Below are positions 26,926-42,315 of a stretch of DNA of 64,000 nt, in pieces (the first letter of the stretch is position 1; each line of letters starts with the position of its first letter). The DNA is from Dictyostelium discoideum. Taxonomy: Eukaryota. The translations under genes and the position numbers were made by a program. The notes beneath the pieces were generated by a model, which was given only the letters and a program-made list of their open reading frames with translations, searched no databases and was not told the DNA's origin. The DNA is taken from positions 1,952,001-2,016,000 of the forward strand of contig CM000150.2 of the NCBI GenBank assembly GCA_000004695.1, given 5' to 3'.

Positions 26926-27021
26926 ATTTAATAAATGATTTTAAAATAATAAAAAAAAAAAAAAAAAAAAAAAAAAATTATTTAAATAACTGTGTTATTT
27001 TTATAAATTTAAATAATAAAA

Positions 27022-27028
<7 letters not shown>

Positions 27029-27117
<89 letters not shown>

Positions 27118-27118
27118 T
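27029..27118. repeat. (ATA/TAA)n microsatellite of ~90 bp in the pkbA 3' flank.
   Basis: Perfect trinucleotide run. Confidence 0.9.
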
Positions 27119-27346
27119 AATAAAAGTGTATAATGGTTTTTTAAAATAATTTTAGTGTTAGAATAAGTTTCCGTCTTTGGTAAAAAAAAAAGTTTCAAGA
27201 ATATTTTTATTTTTATTTTTTTTTTTTAAAACAATTAAAATATTTTTTAATTCTTTATTTTTTTTTATTCTTCATTTTTTTATTCTTTATTAATTTTATA
27301 AATATTTTTCTTTTTTTTTTTAAAATTTTATTTTAAATATTTTAAA

Positions 27347-28121
27347 ATGAAATTTAATAGCATTTCACCAAATAAACAACATCATACAGGATTTACAACA
27401 TCAAACAATGAAAATTTAAATCAACAATTAAACCAAGTATTAATATTATTACAAAGTTTGTATATTTTTTATTTTTTTATTTTTTATTTTTTTTTTATTA
27501 TTTTAATTTTAATATACTAAAACATTTATTTTAATATTATAATTTTCAATAGCACTTCAATCCCAAGCAAAAAAGATAGCTTCTTTTCAAAATCAAACAT
27601 ATGAATGGAATTTAAAACATCATCAAAATTTAAAAAATGTTTTAAAATCATTTAATAGACTTAATTCAATTATTGATAGTAAAGGATCAAATAATGAATT
27701 AAATGAAAAGGACAACAATGAATTTGAAAATGGAGTAACATTTCATCAGAAAATTATTAATACATATGATCCATTAGACCCATTTTCAGAAGAATTAGAA
27801 AATTTAATTATGCAAATTGATAGGGGTTTATTTCATCAACTTAGAGATGATTCTCTTGAAATCATTTATCCTTTCATATTAAAATGGTTAAAAGAAAATA
27901 ACTCATTAGTTTTATCTTTGGTATTAATTTGGGAATCATCAACAAAGTTTCATTATTTATTAAATAAAAAAAAATTTAAAGAAATTAATAAAAAGATTTT
28001 AGATTGTATAGTTGATTATGAAAATAAAGGAATTATTTCAACTCTAATCAACCAAAATGAATTTCCATTTTCAGATGACGAATATAATAATTTAAAAAAG
28101 TTTTTAAATGATTATTCATAA
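27347..28121 (+). CDS. Hypothetical protein, two exons (27347..27455, 27553..28121), of unknown function.
   Basis: There is an ATG exon with a GT donor. An AG acceptor joins it in phase to the 103-aa ORF of the track. Confidence 0.5.
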
Positions 28122-28365
28122 AAAAAAAAAAAAAAAAAAAAATTTTTTAAAGACCACAATTTCATTTCATGTATATTAAATCAGTTATAATAAAATAATA
28201 TATTAGTTAATTATGCCTCTAACTGAAAAAAAAAAAAAAAAAAAAAATAAAAAATAAAAAAAAAAAAAAAATTATATAAAACAATGACGTTTTTTTTTTT
28301 TTAAATCTTAATTTTAATTGGATTAGATCCCATTTCCAAACTGATTATTATTTTTTTTTTTTAAA

Positions 28366-28400
<35 letters not shown>

Positions 28401-28425
28401 CTCAAAATTAATATCTATATAAATA

Positions 28426-30481
28426 ATGTCAACAAATAATTCCAATTTTAATTTTGAATGGAAATCTTCATCAACTCCAACAAAAAAAGGTAATTTTTAA
28501 ATTTTTTTTTTTTTTTTAATCTTTTTAATTTATTTTAAAATAAATTATTTTTTTTATTTTTTATTTTTTATTTTTAGAAACAGATGATCAAGAATATAAT
28601 ATTTTATTATTGGGTGTAACTGGAAGTGGTAAATCAACTTTTATTAATTCTGCTTATAATTATTTAAAATATTCATCATTAGAAGAGGCAATTGCAAAAG
28701 GTGATATTAATAAAATGTTTATTATACCAACAAAAATTAATATGACTGATTCAAAATCTATTAATTATTCATTTTCAATAAATGGTTCATCAATGATTCA
28801 AACAAATAATGAAATTGGTAATAAAAGTAATGAAAATGGTAAATCAATGGTTGATAATAATGAAATGAATCCAGATCAAATTAAAATTGGTGAATCAGTT
28901 ACTAGGGTTCCAAAAAAGTATCCATTAATTTATAATGGTAGATTATATAACTTAATTGATACATGTGGAATTGGTGACACTCGTGGTATTCAACAAGATT
29001 CTATAAATTTTGAATTAATATTATCACAAATTTCACAATTAAAATATTTACATGGTATATGTATTTTTATGAAACCAAATGATAGTAGATCAACAATCCT
29101 ATATAAATGGTGTTTAAGTGAATTGTTAACTAAATTACACCATTCAGCTAAAGATAATATTATGTTTTGTTTTCCAAATTCTCGTGGTACATTCTTTCGT
29201 TCAGGTGATTCTCAACTAACTTTAAAAAATTATTTACAACAATTAAAGTTAGACTTAAATATTGATATTGAAAATAGTAATAATTGTAATTTTACAAATA
29301 GATCATTAGAGAGTAGAGAATTTTATTTTGATAATGATGCACTTCATTTCTTGGCTGTAAAATCACAAGGCGGTCATTTCGATCAAACTGAACAAGCTCA
29401 ATATCATTATAGTTGGACAAAATCTTCAGTTTCTTTGAAAAGATTACTTACTAAAATTCAAAGTATGCCACCACATGATGTAAGAAATACAATTTCAATT
29501 AATTATGCAAGGGAAATGATTTCACAATTGGCAAAACCAATGTCGGTTTGTTTAAAAAATATTAATGATAATTTAAATGAAATTAATAAACACAAGAAAA
29601 AATTAAGAAAATCTTTACATCAAGTTTCATTAAATCAACAACAACAAAATCAAAATCAAAATAACATAACAATTGGTTCGACAGATTTGAGTGTAGTTAA
29701 TGATTTAATTTCAAAAGAATTACAAGAAAGTTTATTTATTCCAATTATTCAAGTTACATCAATGCCATTATCTCGTCCAAAAGCAGTTTGTATAAATTCA
29801 TTTTGTATTGAAAAAGAAAAATATAAATTATCAAGACAAATTGAATTCCCATCATCATCGTCCTCCTCTGATTCAAATGATGATAATGATGATTCAAATT
29901 CAACAAATAAAATTAGATTTTGTTGTGAAAATTGTTTTGGGGGCTTATTAGGAAATCTTTATTTATGTTTTAGCTATGATGTAAATGGTAAATGTAAAAG
30001 TTGTTATAAATCAAATGGTTCTTTATGTCATCATTCTGATCATATAATTATTAAATCAATTGAATCAAACAATCCAATTAAAAATCAACCTCTACAACAA
30101 CATCAATCAAATGATAGTTTTGAAAATATTAAAGAAAATACTAATCAATTAATTAAACAATTAAAAGAAAGAAAAAAACTATATGAAAAAGAATTTCAAG
30201 AGATTTCAAATGCATCTGTTCATTTCTCATTATTTCTCTCCAAGAATTCATTAATTCAAGTTAATAATGAATATGAAAATTTTATTAATTTACAAATTTC
30301 AAATGAAAAATCTCAAGACTCAATTAAAATATTGGTTAAACATTTACAAGATTATAAGATTCAAGTTGATTCACAAAGAAAAGCAATAGAATCTGAACTC
30401 AATTATTTTTTTATTTTTAGTAAAGAAAAAAAAAAAAAAAAAAAAAAAAAAAGGGTTATTTTTGTTTTTTTTTTTTTTTAA
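28426..30481 (+). CDS. P-loop GTPase (AIG1/GIMAP-like G domain) with a Cys-rich C-terminal region. Two exons: 28426..28489 and 28578..30481.
   Basis: G1 is LLLGVTGSGKSTFINS; the G3-like motif is IDTCGIGDTRG. The C-terminus reads CCENCFGGLLGNLYLCF...CKSCYK...CHHSDH. The final ~25 residues (KEKKKKKKKKRVIFVFFFF) look non-coding, so the true 3' end is uncertain. Confidence 0.55.
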
Positions 30482-30795
30482 AGGAAATCTAAAACTATTA
30501 TTTCTCCTTAAACGAAATTGAATTCAATCTAGATTTTTTTGTTTCTAATTGTGATTTTTTTTTTTTTTTTTTTTTTAAATCCTTAAATATTGGTTTGTGG
30601 AAAACTGATTAAAAAAAAAAATCTTTATTTAAACTGTTTTTATATTAAAAAAAAAAAAAAAGAAATAATTTTTAATATCCTGTTAATTTTTTTCAAAATA
30701 TATATATAAATATTGGTTTAAATTTTAATATAATTACCTTAAATATATTTAGTTGAAATAAAACTTTTCTTTTCTTTTTTTCAAACTTTTTGTTT

Positions 30796-32139
<1,344 letters not shown>

Positions 32140-32435
32140 TGCTTTTTTTTTTTTTCAGTTTAAGCAAAATTTAATTTATACAAAAAAAAAATAAAAATAA
32201 AAATAAAAATTAAATTAAATTAAAAAAAAAAAAATTAAATTAAAAAAAAAAATTAGATGACACAATTATGACATTTTTTTTTTACGCTGATGAAAGTATG
32301 AAAACATCTGATGGAGAAACCTTTTTAAAAATTCTAAAAAAAATAAAAAAAAAACTATTTTTTATTAAATTACTATTAATTAATTAATTAAAAAAAACTA
32401 TTTTTAAATAACTATTAATTAATTAATTAGATAAT

Positions 32436-32471
<36 letters not shown>

Positions 32472-32972
32472 AAAAAAAAAAAATTTAAAAAATTAATAAT
32501 ATTACAAATTGTAAAAAATAAATAAAATCAAATTCAAACACATCACCCCACAAATAAAAAATAAAAATATAGCTGAATGCTGTGGGAAATTGTAATATTA
32601 TTTATTTTTTATTTAAAATAAAAAATAGCTGAATGCTGTGGGAAATTGTTATATTTTAATTATTTTTTTTTTTTAAAATTATTTTTTTTTTTTAATATTA
32701 AATATGTCGTAATTAAAAAAAATATAAAAAAAAAATCAATGAATAAAAAAAGTAAAAAGTATTTTTTTATTTTTTATATTTTTTATTTTTTTTTTTAAGT
32801 ATCCAAAACTCTTACTATTAATCTTTATTAAAAAAATAAAAAAAAAAAAAAAAAAAAAAACAAAAATAATGTATATAAATTTATATAAACACAAAACAAA
32901 GGTACTATGTTTTCTTTTACTATTAACTTTCTTTTTGATAAATGGATTTTATGTTTTTAAAGGTAAAATTAT

Positions 32973-33003
<31 letters not shown>

Positions 33004-33059
33004 TCTATTAATAAAATATTAAATGATTACTAATTTAAATAATAATAATAATAATTAAA

Positions 33060-34590
33060 AGTAAATAATGAAAATGGATTTTATGTTGGAAATAAAAATG
33101 AAACCTTAAAAAGTGAAGGTGGACAATTTAATAAACCTGAAAGTAAAAAAAAAATTATTAGTCAAAACTTAACAATAAAAAATGAAACTTTTGAAATTAA
33201 TTATAACCACACAACCACCACCACTAAAAATCAAACTCTAAAAAAAAATGAAAAAATTAATAATCAAATTTCAAATGTAAACCAAACTGAACTTTTATTA
33301 AAAAATAATAATAATATCAATAGTATTAATAATAATAATAATAATAATAACAATAATAATATAAATAATAATAAAGATAAAGATAAACCAATTTTAAATA
33401 ATGAAAGTAAAAGTAAATCATTAATATTAAATAGATCATCACCAAATAAAGACAATGAAATTTATTTAAAAAAGAGTGAAATTCAGTCAAGTAAAAGTAA
33501 AAGTGAATTAAAAATAATAAAAACCAATTCAAAAAATGTTGTTGATGATGATGATGATGTTGATGATGATGAAGATGATTATTTTCCAATTAATGGTAAA
33601 ATTCAAAGTTTTGATAATAATGTATTTTTATTAAATGAATCAGTTAATACATTTAAACCAAAATGTAAATATATTGATATTGTTTATACATGGGTTGATG
33701 GAACAGATCCAGTTCAAATGAATAAATTAAAAAAATATAAAAAAATTGAAAATAAAAAAATAACATCAATTAAAGAAAATGTTGCAGAAGTATGGAACAT
33801 TAAAATATTCATTAAGAAGTGTTCGTAAAAATGCACCATGGGTTAGAAAAATTTTCATTATTACTGCAAATCAAATTCCATCTTGGTTTAATATTTCAAA
33901 TAATGATAATGTTGAATTTATATTTCATGATGAATTATATTTTAATAAGTAAGTACTATTTTTTTTTTTTTTTTATTTTTTTTTTTAAATTAATTACTAA
34001 TTTTTAATAATAATAATAATAGATCCCATTTACCAACATTTAGTTCAAATTCAATTGAATCAAATTTTTTTAATTTACCAAATCAAGTTTCAAATTGTTT
34101 TTTATATTTAAATGATGATGTTTTTTTTAGAAATCCAGTTTTAGCAAGTGACTTTTTTGATGAAAAATTTAATGCTCATGTTTATCAACATAGTAAAATC
34201 ATATCAAGTGAAACTATAATACCAAATGGTAAATTAATTAGAAATAGTGTTCAATTTACAAATTTAGTATTTAGTAATAGATATTTAGATAGAATTTGGT
34301 TTAAAACAAATAGGTATCGTTCAGATCATGGTGTTGGTGTTTTTAATAAACAAATATTGAAAATGGCATATAAAGAATTAAAAGAACAATTTGAATCAAC
34401 ATCATCAAATAGATTTAGATATCCAGAAGATTTAACAATACCATTTTTACATCTCCAATTTTTAAAAAGATATACAACATTTAAAGTGAAACCATCTATA
34501 AATGAATATTTTGCACTTAAAGAAGATAATGTAGCTGAATCTTTCAAAAAAATGCAATTAATTTTACTAAAAAATCAGTTTGTTTAAATG
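33060..34590 (+). CDS. Stealth-family (GlcNAc-1-phosphotransferase/GNPTAB-like) gene with an apparent ±1 frame break between conserved regions CR1 and CR2 (~33796). There is an intron at ~33958..34021, and the 5' exon/start is unresolved.
   Basis: CR1 is CKYIDIVYTWVDGTDP in one frame. CR2 is LKYSLRSVRKNAPWVRKIFIITANQIPSW in the adjacent frame. No intron-like sequence lies between them. Confidence 0.55.
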
Positions 34591-34770
34591 ATATTTTTAA
34601 TAAAATTAATGATACAACTTTATTAATTATAAATAACTTTTTTAATAAATATTATCCAATTAAATCACCATATGCCCAATAAAATAAAAAAGAAATGAAA
34701 TAAAATAAATAGATTAATTTTAGACAATTATTGTATATGTTATAGTTTATTTTATTTAATTTAATTTATT

Positions 34771-35084
34771 TTAATTATCTTCATCATCATCATCATCATC
34801 ACTATTTAATAAAAAGTCTTTAATTTCATTTTTAAGTTGTGATGTTGTTAATAATTGTTTTGAATTCTCTTTAATATATGGTGCTATATTTGGAGTTGAT
34901 TTGAAATCTCTATAAAGGATTTTACAACTATAACATAATGTTTCCTTATTTACTGTAATTGATGATGTTGATGTTGATGATGATGATGAACAACAACCAG
35001 TATTATTATTATTATTATTACTACTATTATCTTCAGTTTTATTACAACATGATGAATCTTCTGTTTTTGTTGTTGAACAACATC

Positions 35085-35124
<40 letters not shown>

Positions 35125-36565
35125 TTTATTTTCTTTATTGATATTATTATTATTATCCAATATAACCTTTTCTAAACTTTTAATTTCTGCACTTGTCAAT
35201 GGACTATATATATATATATATATATTTATATTATTTTAAAATTTTAAATTTTATATTTTATATTAAATTAGTAAATAAAGGTTAATTATTATTATTATTA
35301 TTATTTTTAGAATAAATAAATAAATAAATTACCTTGAACAAATTGAACAATTATAATTTGAATCAATTGAAGGAGAAATTAATTTATCAACAGATCTTAA
35401 TAAAGTATGAACGGTTTGATTTGAAATATCTTGAAGACAATGTAAAAAGTCTTCACAAAGAGTATTAATTGAATGTTTTGGTTTCAAATTTAATATTGAA
35501 AACATTACTGGTACTGGTAAAATATTTAAATGTCTATAATAAATGAAAATTTCTTTTAATAAGAAATCTCTCATTGGTTGATAAAATTTAATATCATCTG
35601 TATAAAAAAAAAAAAAAAAAATGTTAACATAAATAATAATAATTAAAAAATATTAATTAATTAATAATATTAATAATAAAAAACAACTTACTTGATGGTT
35701 GTTCAATTATAACAGAAGTCTCATTTGGTACAGAGAAACCTCTACCTTTTGAAGTTGATGCAACTAATTGTACAGCTAATCTATTTGAACTTGTACCTAA
35801 TATAACTTTTTTACAATTTAATTTATGAGCTACTTGAATTAATAATTGATTACGATAGTAGAGTAATAAATCCTCTTTTGAAGTTTCAGAAGATAATTGA
35901 GCAAATTGTAGTTTCAATTGGTTGGTTCTTTCACCCAATGGTGTTACAGTACCGAGGATATCTTCCAATGGGATGATTTCTAAATTTGGGAAACCAAGTT
36001 TAACATTATTAAATTCTTTTAAGAATTCAATTGTATCATTATGATTTTGGTATGGTGTAATTGAAGACTCATCAATGTGGACACACTTTATATCCAAAAA
36101 CATCTTTGCCTTACCACTACCCTCAGTACACTGTTTCAATAATTCCAACAACATTGATGAACATGTGCCACCTGATAAAGCAACTAATAATTTCTCTGCA
36201 TCTCTTTTACTCTCTCTAACTTTAACAATATTCAATTTAAACTTTTTCAAAATTAATTCTCTATAACATTCCCAACATAATTGTTCTGATCTAAAATTAA
36301 TAATTGGTTTACCAATTGGTTTTTGTTGTTGAGTAATTGGTTCTTCATTATTATTATTATTATTTTCTTCTTCTTTTAATTTTTGTTCTTTTTTTTCTTT
36401 TTTTGAAAGTTTTTTATCTTTTACATTATTTGCAACATTATATAAACATTTTACACATTGAGTATTACCATTTGGTATGATTTGAACTTTTCTTGTATTA
36501 ATTGGTATAGTATTATTAATATCATTATCATTAATACCACATGATGGTAATTCTTCTGATGACAT
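34771..36565 (-). CDS. ctu2: Cytoplasmic tRNA 2-thiolation protein 2 (CTU2/Ncs2) homolog. Three exons: 35692..36565, 35333..35597, 34771..35203 (523 aa).
   Basis: The N-terminal zinc finger is CVKC...CWEC. The PP-loop-like motif is LVALSGGTCSS. GTAAGT/GTAATT donors and phase-consistent joins link three track ORFs. The C-terminus is Cys-rich. Confidence 0.75.
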
Positions 36566-36651
36566 TATTTTTTTTAATATATATATTTATATTTATTTTA
36601 AAAAAAAAAAATCAAAGCAAAACTTAAAGTGAGTCGTTTATTTTGAGAAAA

Positions 36652-36697
<46 letters not shown>

Positions 36698-36768
36698 AAA
36701 ATAAAAAAAAAAAATGGAAAAACGAATGAATTTATTTTTTTTAATTTTTTTTTTTTTTTTATTTTTAA

Positions 36769-37748
36769 TTAAATATCAACTAATTTTGAATCAGCAAATT
36801 CAACCCAAGTATCAACAGCATTAAATTCATAAAAGTTTTTAGGTGGTTGTAATTGTTGATTTTGTTGTTGTTGTTGCTGTTGTATTTGAGATTGTTGAGT
36901 TTGTTGTAAAACTTGACCTAATGTTGGTTTTGAAATTGGTTGTTGTTGTTGAGAAGAAGAAGTAGTAGGAGTTATACCAATTACTGGTGGATCTAATAAT
37001 TTTATAGCCAAACCAATAATTTGTTGCATACCAGGTTTTAATGGAAACATTTCAATTTCAACTTGAATTATTGAATTTGGTTGAATTGGATCTAATTTTG
37101 GTAAATGAGAATTAATTTTAATACCATCCATTTTATTTCTAACCAACATAAATTGTGGATATAAAATACGATTAGATTTATTTGATAATTTTGCAATGAC
37201 AGAGAATGGTTTCTCCAATTTAATTTTATCAGGTATATTAATTAATGAACATTCGATATCCTCTTGATTTAATTTCCTTTGAATCGCAGCAGTTTTTAGT
37301 CTACCAATTTCACCGAAATAACTTCTCCATGTTATATCTAATCTACCTAATGGTAATGAATTCTTACTTTCAACATTTTCAATATCTTTTGGTGTAATTT
37401 GAAATAAATATTGTCTACTACAACCTTGTTTTAAAAATACAATATTATCTGATGTTGTTAGTTTAATATTCTCTAATAATTCATCTGTATTTTCAATTAA
37501 TCCTTTTTCATTTAATTTAAATTCTAAATTATTTAAATTATTATCATTTTCTAAATTATTATTATTATTATCTAAATTATTATTATCATCTAAACTATTT
37601 TCAAAACTTATATCTTTTGAATTAAAATGTTCAATTGGTTCAAATAAAATTGATTCTATAAATAATGATCCTTGTGTAGCATTTTCTAAACATGCTTCTA
37701 AAAATACAACATTCTATATATTTATTTATTTATTATTAATATAATTGT

Positions 37749-37801
<53 letters not shown>

Positions 37802-38487
37802 CATATAAATAATACATACTGGTAAATTATGAATTCTAGTTTTTAAAACTAATGGATTTAAAACTTGAAATTTAAAATATTTTCTAAATTTTTTTTGTTC
37901 TCCTTCTGGTGTTGTATAATTTACAGCACATACTAAACTATTTATATTTAAAAATTTAAAAAAAAAAAAAACAATTTAATATTGGTGTTATGTGTGGTTT
38001 TATTAATATAATAAATAAAAAAAAATAAAAATATTTTAAAAACTTACATATTAACACCAGATTCTTTAACTTCACGTTGAACAACAAAATCAGAACTAAA
38101 ACCAGGATTAAAAGTTGGTACTGATTGTTGTTCAGAATCTAATAATGGTATTCTTGAACTTGTTGTTTGTAATTCAACCTTTAAGAAAACATTTCTAACT
38201 TGATATGGTGAATGATTATTTAAACTAATGTAACAACAAAACATTTCACCTAAATATATTACACCAGATTGTAATTGTAACATTGAAGTAACACCTAAAC
38301 CTTCCATATTGATTGGATTACCATTATTACCAATTAATTGATTATTATCATTACTACCACTACTATTAACTGATCCCATTGATAATGATGTACTATCAAT
38401 TGATGTTGACATTGTTTCATATGGTAAATCTTGTTTTTCACATAATATTGGATTTATTGTTGGTATATTTGGTTTACTTAACCTCAT
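36769..38487 (-). CDS. trappc13: TRAPPC13 (trafficking protein particle complex subunit 13) homolog. Three exons: 38048..38487, 37820..37937, 36769..37713 (500 aa).
   Basis: The Dictyostelium sequence MRLSKPNIPT...YLGEMFCCYISLNNHS...VFLKVELQTTSSRIPL matches human VMRLTKPTLF...GETFSSYISVHNDS...KADLQTSSQRL. The middle exon LVCAVNYTTPEGEQKKFRKYFKFQVLNPLVLKTRI matches human [29 protein letters not shown]. Confidence 0.8.
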
Positions 38488-38722
38488 TACCTTTAAATTT
38501 AATAAATGATTTTCTTAAGTGTTTTCCATTTTTATGTTTTTTTATTTTAATTTATATTTTTTATAAAAAATATATATATAAAAAAAAAAAAAAGATATAT
38601 AAAATGAAAAATTAATTTAGATATTTATCATATGTGTGTATGTGTGTAAATTTTTTTTTTTAATTTGTTGTGTGTTTTTTGAAGAAATTGTAAAAAAAAA
38701 AACTTTCATTTTTTTTTTATTT

Positions 38723-38767
<45 letters not shown>

Positions 38768-38917
38768 CATATCAACTACCATTTTTTTTGAATGATTAAT
38801 TAAGAAAAAAAAAAAAATAAAAATTCGAAAGCAAAAATATCCCACCTGTACATTAAACACAAACAAACGCAATAAATTTAACGATAAACTTAAACATATA
38901 TATATATAAATAAAATA

Positions 38918-39418
38918 ATGTCTGAAGTTGAAAATTCAAATACAGTGGATTTACAATCACAATTATTACCATTAGAATTAATTGAAAAATGTATTGGTTC
39001 AAGAATTTGGATTGCAATGAAAAATGATAAAGAATTTGTTGGTACATTATTAGGTTTTGATGCTTACGTTAATATATTTTTAAAAGATGTTACTGAATAG
39101 TAAGTTTTTTTTTTAAAAAAAAAAAAAAAAATAATAAAAATAGATTCATTCACTCACTCACACACACAAATAATTAACTATTAACCTTTTTTTTTATACC
39201 ATAATTAATCATAGCGAATATACTCCAGAAGGTTTAAAAACAGTTAAATTAGATAATATTCTTTTAAATGGAAATCATGTTTGTTTGGTAAATATAATAA
39301 TAATAATTATTCTAATTAAAATAAATATCATAATTGAATAATAATATTAATTTTACTAATAATTTTATTATAAATTTAGCTTGTTCCAGGTGGTGAAGGT
39401 CCAAAAGTTAAAGCATAA
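38918..39418 (+). CDS. lsm5: U6 snRNA-associated Sm-like protein LSm5. Three exons: 38918..39099, 39215..39287, 39380..39418 (97 aa).
   Basis: The Dictyostelium sequence [45 protein letters not shown]|[25 protein letters not shown]|[12 protein letters not shown] aligns with human LSM5 [80 protein letters not shown]. The first donor is GTAAGT. Confidence 0.85.
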
Positions 39419-39526
39419 AATTAAAAAAAAAAAAAAGAAAAAAGGAAAAAAAAAAAAAATTAAAAATAAAAAAAAAAAAAATTAAAAAAATATACTCTAT
39501 ATTATTATATTTTATTTTATTTTATT

Positions 39527-41860
39527 TTAATTAATAATTTTTGAAATATAAATACAATATCTTTTAACTCTTTGACCATTATTCCAAAGTTTATTAAAAT
39601 AAGAATAACCATAATCTTCAGATAATTGAATTAAGTAAGTTTCTTTAACTGGTTTATAAATTTTTAGTAATTTTTTTGATTTTGTAAGGATATCTATAAT
39701 TTGATCACTATAATCTTTATCATCAGTTACAATTGTGAGTGTACCATCTTTTTTTAAACATCTATTAATTTCAATGAGGAATAACTCATTGATAAGACGT
39801 TCAGCACCAGACCAAACTGGTGGATTTGGATAATTGATATAAACTTCATTCAAGATATTATCTGGTATGATCTCTTTTAGCGAACCATGAGCATCACCAC
39901 CCACTATATAAAGGTTATCAATTGCTTCAAGTATCATTTTACTCCAAATTTGAAAGATACGATCGTAACGAATTTCCAAAGAGATCCAATCTGCATCTAA
40001 ATCTTGACCGGCTCTTTCAGTCACCCAATGACCGTGACCTGAACAAATCTCCATTTTAAGTGATCTATTACTATTGAAATTGCTACCACCCTTTTTATAA
40101 GAATTGAATAAACCATTGAATGACGATAATGTAGAGTCTGGTGAGGTTGCAACTGTGACAGGTTTACATTGTTGATCGATACTACGATTGACATTATTCT
40201 TAAAAGTATTCTTTGAGAAATAAATACGATTAAAACTTTCCATATTATGATACTTAATTTTTGAACGTGATTCTGTCATTTTTGAAAGATAATTTCTAAC
40301 ACGATCAGATTCTTCATTGATCTCCTGTTTGTTAATTCTTTCAAACAATGAAGAGGAGATCTTATTCTTTTCTGAAAGTTTACCTTTATTTTTATGAGTG
40401 GTTTGAGTTGATCTTGGTGCTTTCGATAGAATGTCATCAGTGATACCCAATGCTTTAACCGAGGATTTAATATCACCAGCTAATAACGATGCCAATGATA
40501 GACGTGAGAAACAAATGGGTGATATTTGACCTTGCATTCTTTCATAAACTTTACCTAGTAAATCCCAAATCTCTTGTACCATTAAATGATGAGAATAGAT
40601 TTTTATCAAATATTCAATGGTGGTTGAATCGGGATAGATCTCATTGGCTTTCATTAATTGTATTAATGATTTAGTGATTTCAATATCACCAGATCTAATA
40701 CAACCACGAAATATGGAATTAAAAGTACGAATATTTGGTTTGGTTTCAATCATACCCTTAATTGTAGCAAATGATTCATCCATATCAATTTCACAAAGTG
40801 CTTTCACATAGATTGTATAAACCACTTCATTGGCATTACCATCTTTAACTGCATCTTGAAAAACTTCTTTCACTTTTTTATACTCTTGACATCTTACACA
40901 TGCATTCAACATAACACCATAGGTAATATGATCTGGTTTTGCTCCAATCTTTTTTAAATAATTATATGCTTTAACCAATTGAACATAATCTTTTGCTTCT
41001 GCACATGATGACATTTGTGATGTAATTTTATTAATAACTGCTCTATTATTTCTAACAATTGATTCTTTTTTTGGTTCTTCTTCTTTTTTTACTTCTTTTT
41101 CTTTTTCTTTTTCTTCTTTTTTATCATTTAATTTTTTATTTTTCTTTTGATTTACTTTTTTTTCTTCATTAATTTCAGTTGTTTTTTCTGTTTCTGTTGT
41201 TTCTGTTGTTGTTGTTGTTGCTGTAGCTGTAGCTATTGTTGGTTCATTTGGCGTTGTTGTGGTTGGTGGTGGTGTTGTTTTTGGTTTCTTTTCTTTTGGT
41301 TTCTTTTCTTTTGGTTTTTCATTTGTTAATTTAATTTTTTTATTTGATTCTTCTTGTGTTTTAGTTGGTGGTGTTGGTGTTGGTATTGGTGTTGGTGTTG
41401 GAATTACTTTTTTAAAATCATAAAAATCAACAATAACTTTTTTATCACCAATGGTTTTACCATTAACTAAATTTTTAATCTATATAAATAAATAAAAATA
41501 AAATAAAATTTGACATTAAATTAGAAATCTTTTTTTTTATTTATATTTTTTTTTACATATGTGCCAACTTACTATTGATAATTGTGATAAATTTTGAGAT
41601 GATAAAAATGAAATAGTTGTATCAGCATCAACTTTACCAATTAAATCTGGTGGTAAAGTAATTGGAATTGTAATATTTATAGAAGGATTTTGAATAATTT
41701 TCTTTAAATTTTCAATAATTTCATTTTTGCTAATTGATTTTGGAATATTTTTAACAATTAATTTTGTAATTGAAACTCCTCCACCGCCTCCTCCTAAAAT
41801 ACCAATTGATGTTGGTGCTGTTGATCCTAATGAATTACCAAATTTTCTTTTTAAATCCAT
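39527..41860 (-). CDS. Multidomain protein: N-terminal RRM-like exon (41573..41860), K/E/T/P-rich linker, PPR-type helical repeats, C-terminal TrmB-like (tRNA m7G) methyltransferase domain. Main exon 39527..~41480. The exon1/exon2 join is 1 nt out of phase as read.
   Basis: The first-exon ORF ends at a GTAAGT donor (..LSQLSI|gtaagt). The minus frame runs continuously from ~41480 through MSSCAEAKDY...PPR (ITYGVMLNACVRC) to VYINYPNPPVW (TrmB FPDPW-like). Confidence 0.55.
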
Positions 41861-42225
41861 ATTTTGAAAATAAAAATAAAAAACGATGGTTATTGTTTTT
41901 GATTAATCGTTTTTAAATGAATTTAAAAATAAAAAAAAAAAAAAAAATGAAAAAACGAAAAATTGGATTTTTATTTTTTTTTTATTTTTTTTATTTTTAA
42001 TTTTTTTATTTTAATTTTACATTTTTCATAATCATTTGTAAGTAATAGTTATTATACTTTTTGATTTTTTACCCCCTTAATGATGACTAATTAATTTTAT
42101 TTAATTTTATTTTTATTTTAAATTTGTATTTACATTTTTTTTTTTTTTTTAATTTAATTTTTAATTTTTTAATTTTTTTTTTTTTTTTAATTTTTTTTTT
42201 AATTTTTGGATTCTTTTTTTCCGCA

Positions 42226-42284
<59 letters not shown>

Positions 42285-42315
42285 CTTTATTCGATTACAT
42301 AGAAATTGATTAACA

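Noticed and set aside
33264-34007. ORFs 33264..33455 (-), 33326..33589 (-), 33819..34007 (+).
   Set aside because: They overlap the Stealth-family gene in antisense or the third frame, across (AAT)n/(GAT)n runs.
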